Assembly: GCA_002269645.1 (NCBI GenBank) | Contig: NIVC01000217.1 | Span: 496,001-560,000, forward strand | Direction of reading: 5' to 3' | DNA: 64,000 nt | Source of the DNA: Macrostomum lignano | Lineage: Eukaryota | Shown here: positions 61,572 to 64,000 of the stretch, piece by piece | How the letters are laid out: the number at the start of each line of letters is the position of its first letter | Position numbering within the stretch: position 1 is the first letter of the stretch | Notes under the pieces: model-generated | Seen by the model: only the letters and a program-made list of their open reading frames with translations | Database searches by the model: none | Told to the model about the DNA's origin: nothing | Program-made: the position numbers and the translations under genes

Positions 61572-64000
61572 TTAGTTCGTCAAAAGTTGTCTGCAGATAA
61601 GCAAGATTAGTAAGCCGATCCACGTGCATCCGCCTGTTGAGCGCAGGGTCTGGGAAGGGCTGCCATAGTGACCGAGTCGATCGCCTAAAAATATAAAAAT
61701 TTAAACTGTCATTTATATTTTGTTTTTTTTTGTTTTAATAGTATAGCACTCTCTGAATTTAGCCTTCATTGAACTATATCGTCGACTATTTTATTCAATT
61801 TCTGCTGAAACTTTGGAGAAAGCACGAATGACGAAGTGACGAATGACGATGACGAAGCACGAATTGTGACGTCTGCACTCACTGGAGAGCCTGTCAAAGT
61901 AGTAAACACCGAGAAAGCCCGGAGAATTGTATCGATCGTTGCTGACAAACACTACTCGAACACAGGTGGCTTGGAACTTGTACACAAAGGCTTTGCCCCT
62001 CTCCGGACGGCCGCAAAGCACGTTCTGACTGCTGGCCAGACCGATCGGCCGCGAGCAGTCATCGGCTGTCACAAAGTCACTCTCATCCGGGATACACCTG
62101 CAGTAAAACAAATCAGAAAGCATTTTCAGGTTGGTTATTTAACAGCAAAGCTCTCCCTGGATCTTAAATATGCCAGTTAATGTTAGTTTTTAATTAACAG
62201 TGCTTTTGATTAATAAGATTTAAACAAGAATCGCAATCAGCAGGTTGCCAGCAGTATCTAGTCTTTTTGGAGCAAACCGGATAAATTTAAATAATTCATT
62301 GAATCCGAAATTCGATCACTTTGAGCTCTATGGTATCTTTGTTTACGAGGTACAGTTAATCAAAGCTGATATTTTTCACCTAACGCCTTAGTTTTAATTT
62401 ATATATTGTTGATGAAGTTCCATACCGATAAAAAGTACTTACGCTCTTCGAGATGTCTCCGTGTCAAAGTTAGTAAACTCAATTCGCGTAATCTCGTGTG
62501 GCCTAGCTCGAAATATGTAAGTGCAGGTGAGCTGCTCAGGGTAGGCGTAAGGATAGTTGGGGCTTGAGAAATTTCCGCTGGACGCCCGGTTGCTATGAAA
62601 CTCAAAGTGGCAGCCGAGAGACTGGTTCTGCATCTTGTGCTCGCCCAGTATACCAAAATCTGCAGAGTCAAAATCGATTAGCTTCGATAAGATTCTTGAA
62701 TTTTCTATTTATTCAATGTCGGAAGAAGATAAATTCAGGCCTCGCTAAAATCCTACCTTGCACGAAGCTGTACTTGAACCTGAGACCCCGTCGAACTTTT
62801 GAAGCTTTCTCTGTGTAAAAGCTGAGTTTCAGCTTGGGAATCCGGGTGCTCATGATTCGCACCGGCCTAGAGCTTCTAACCTCGCAGAACGGCTTGTCAA
62901 CAGCGTCTACCTTGCCGCCAGACATTTGCATCTCGATGTACTTCGTAATGGTCACCTGATCCTTGGAGGTGCACTCGAGTGCCGTGCTAATATCTGTGGT
63001 TCTTGACTCCACGTCCAGCTCTTGAATTTCTAAAACCACTCTCTCTGTTTTGTTGGCTCTGCCCAGAAAAGTCCAGGAGCAGTGCAACTGCTGGTACCCG
63101 TCCGGGTAGTTGGGCGAATGCAGCACCCCGCTTGAGGTCTCATCGCTGCGAATCTCCCTGTTGGCTGAGCAGCCCAGCGTGACCTGCTTGCTGTCCGTCG
63201 CAACCATGCCCTGGTCCTTGGGCGTGTCCAACTCATGTTTGTCGACCCGCTCCGTGAAATAATAGTTGCCATTGAAGCCTCTCTCGCCGAGGGTCAGCCG
63301 GTCATCGGTGTGGAACACCAGAGTCAGGTGCGGCCCGGTAGAATAGACGGATTCGCTGTATTGTGTGCCGCAAAACACTGCGTTTGGGTTGCCAAGTGCA
63401 CTGCTGCTGTAGTACACCAGGACCCTATCGCCCTGGTCTGAGCTGCAACTGCAATAACATTCTATCGATGCAATGTACGTGTATATTAGATGCCTAGAAA
63501 TAGCTCAATAATGTCTCCCAACCTTCCAGTGACGGGCCCGTCCAGTCTGAAGTCAATGAACCGAATGTGGGCCATCTCGCCTGGTCTGCCGATGAACCGA
63601 TATGTAAACTTGGCCAGTCTTGGATATCCCTTCGACTCAGAGTAGTTAACGCTGCTGAACACTCCTTGTTTGCTTTGACTGCTTCGGAACTCGATAGTGT
63701 GCTCAATAACTTTGTTTGGCAAGATTCCTGCGAGATTAGTGTCACGTTACAAGGTGGTACGTTACAAGGTGATTCATGATAATGGGACTATCTGTAGTAA
63801 AACCTAGCCAAAATTTCACTCACCGTTTGCGCTGAGCACGTCCCTGTCCAGCGGTCTGGTGGCCTGCAGTTTGTGCCTGGCAACAAAGCCATATCGAGCT
63901 GAGAAACCCTGACCAATGACAGAGTCTGCATTCGAGACAAATTTCACTCTGAAGTAGGCTTCTTGACTAACTGTTTGCACTTTGGAATCGAATCTGCAAT
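61572..64000 (-). CDS. Multi-CUB-domain extracellular protein, 3' part (exons >64000-63824, 63727-63523, 63448-62757, 62659-62443, 62097-61883, 61684-61572), probable GPI-anchor tail
   Basis: All introns GT-AG with matching phases (1,2,1,2,1); CUB motifs SPNYP..Y....CTYIF, FCG, VF.SN....GF..YY; the last exon ends TWIGLLILLICRQLLTN*. Confidence 0.82.

Overview
AT-rich, repeat-dense animal genomic DNA with short GT-AG introns and GC-rich coding exons; no prokaryotic features. The WSC gene expansion, large GATA/GACT microsatellites and codon style suggest the flatworm Macrostomum (inference only). Host genes reconstructed by hand from splice sites and intron phases: (1) five two-exon secreted WSC + PAN/Apple-like genes on the minus strand (one a pseudogene), plus orphan PAN exons; (2) a six-exon ankyrin-repeat + MEKK/STE11-like kinase (minus, about 640 codons); (3) a plus-strand gene whose two caspase ORFs join in phase through a 102-nt exon into one protein of about 1000 aa or more, apparently with four tandem caspase folds of which only the last has a canonical His-Cys dyad (the most unusual feature of the window); (4) the 3' part of a multi-CUB, probably GPI-anchored gene, plus pseudogenic duplicate exons; (5) a decayed USP (peptidase C19) sequence. 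Mobile and repetitive DNA: piggyBac, two Tc1/mariner elements (one DD41D), a DIRS/Ngaro RT-RNase H remnant, 5'-truncated LINEs, two tRNA-derived SINE families, non-autonomous TIR elements, Helitron-like ends, a 4.3-kb minisatellite with higher-order structure and several long microsatellites.
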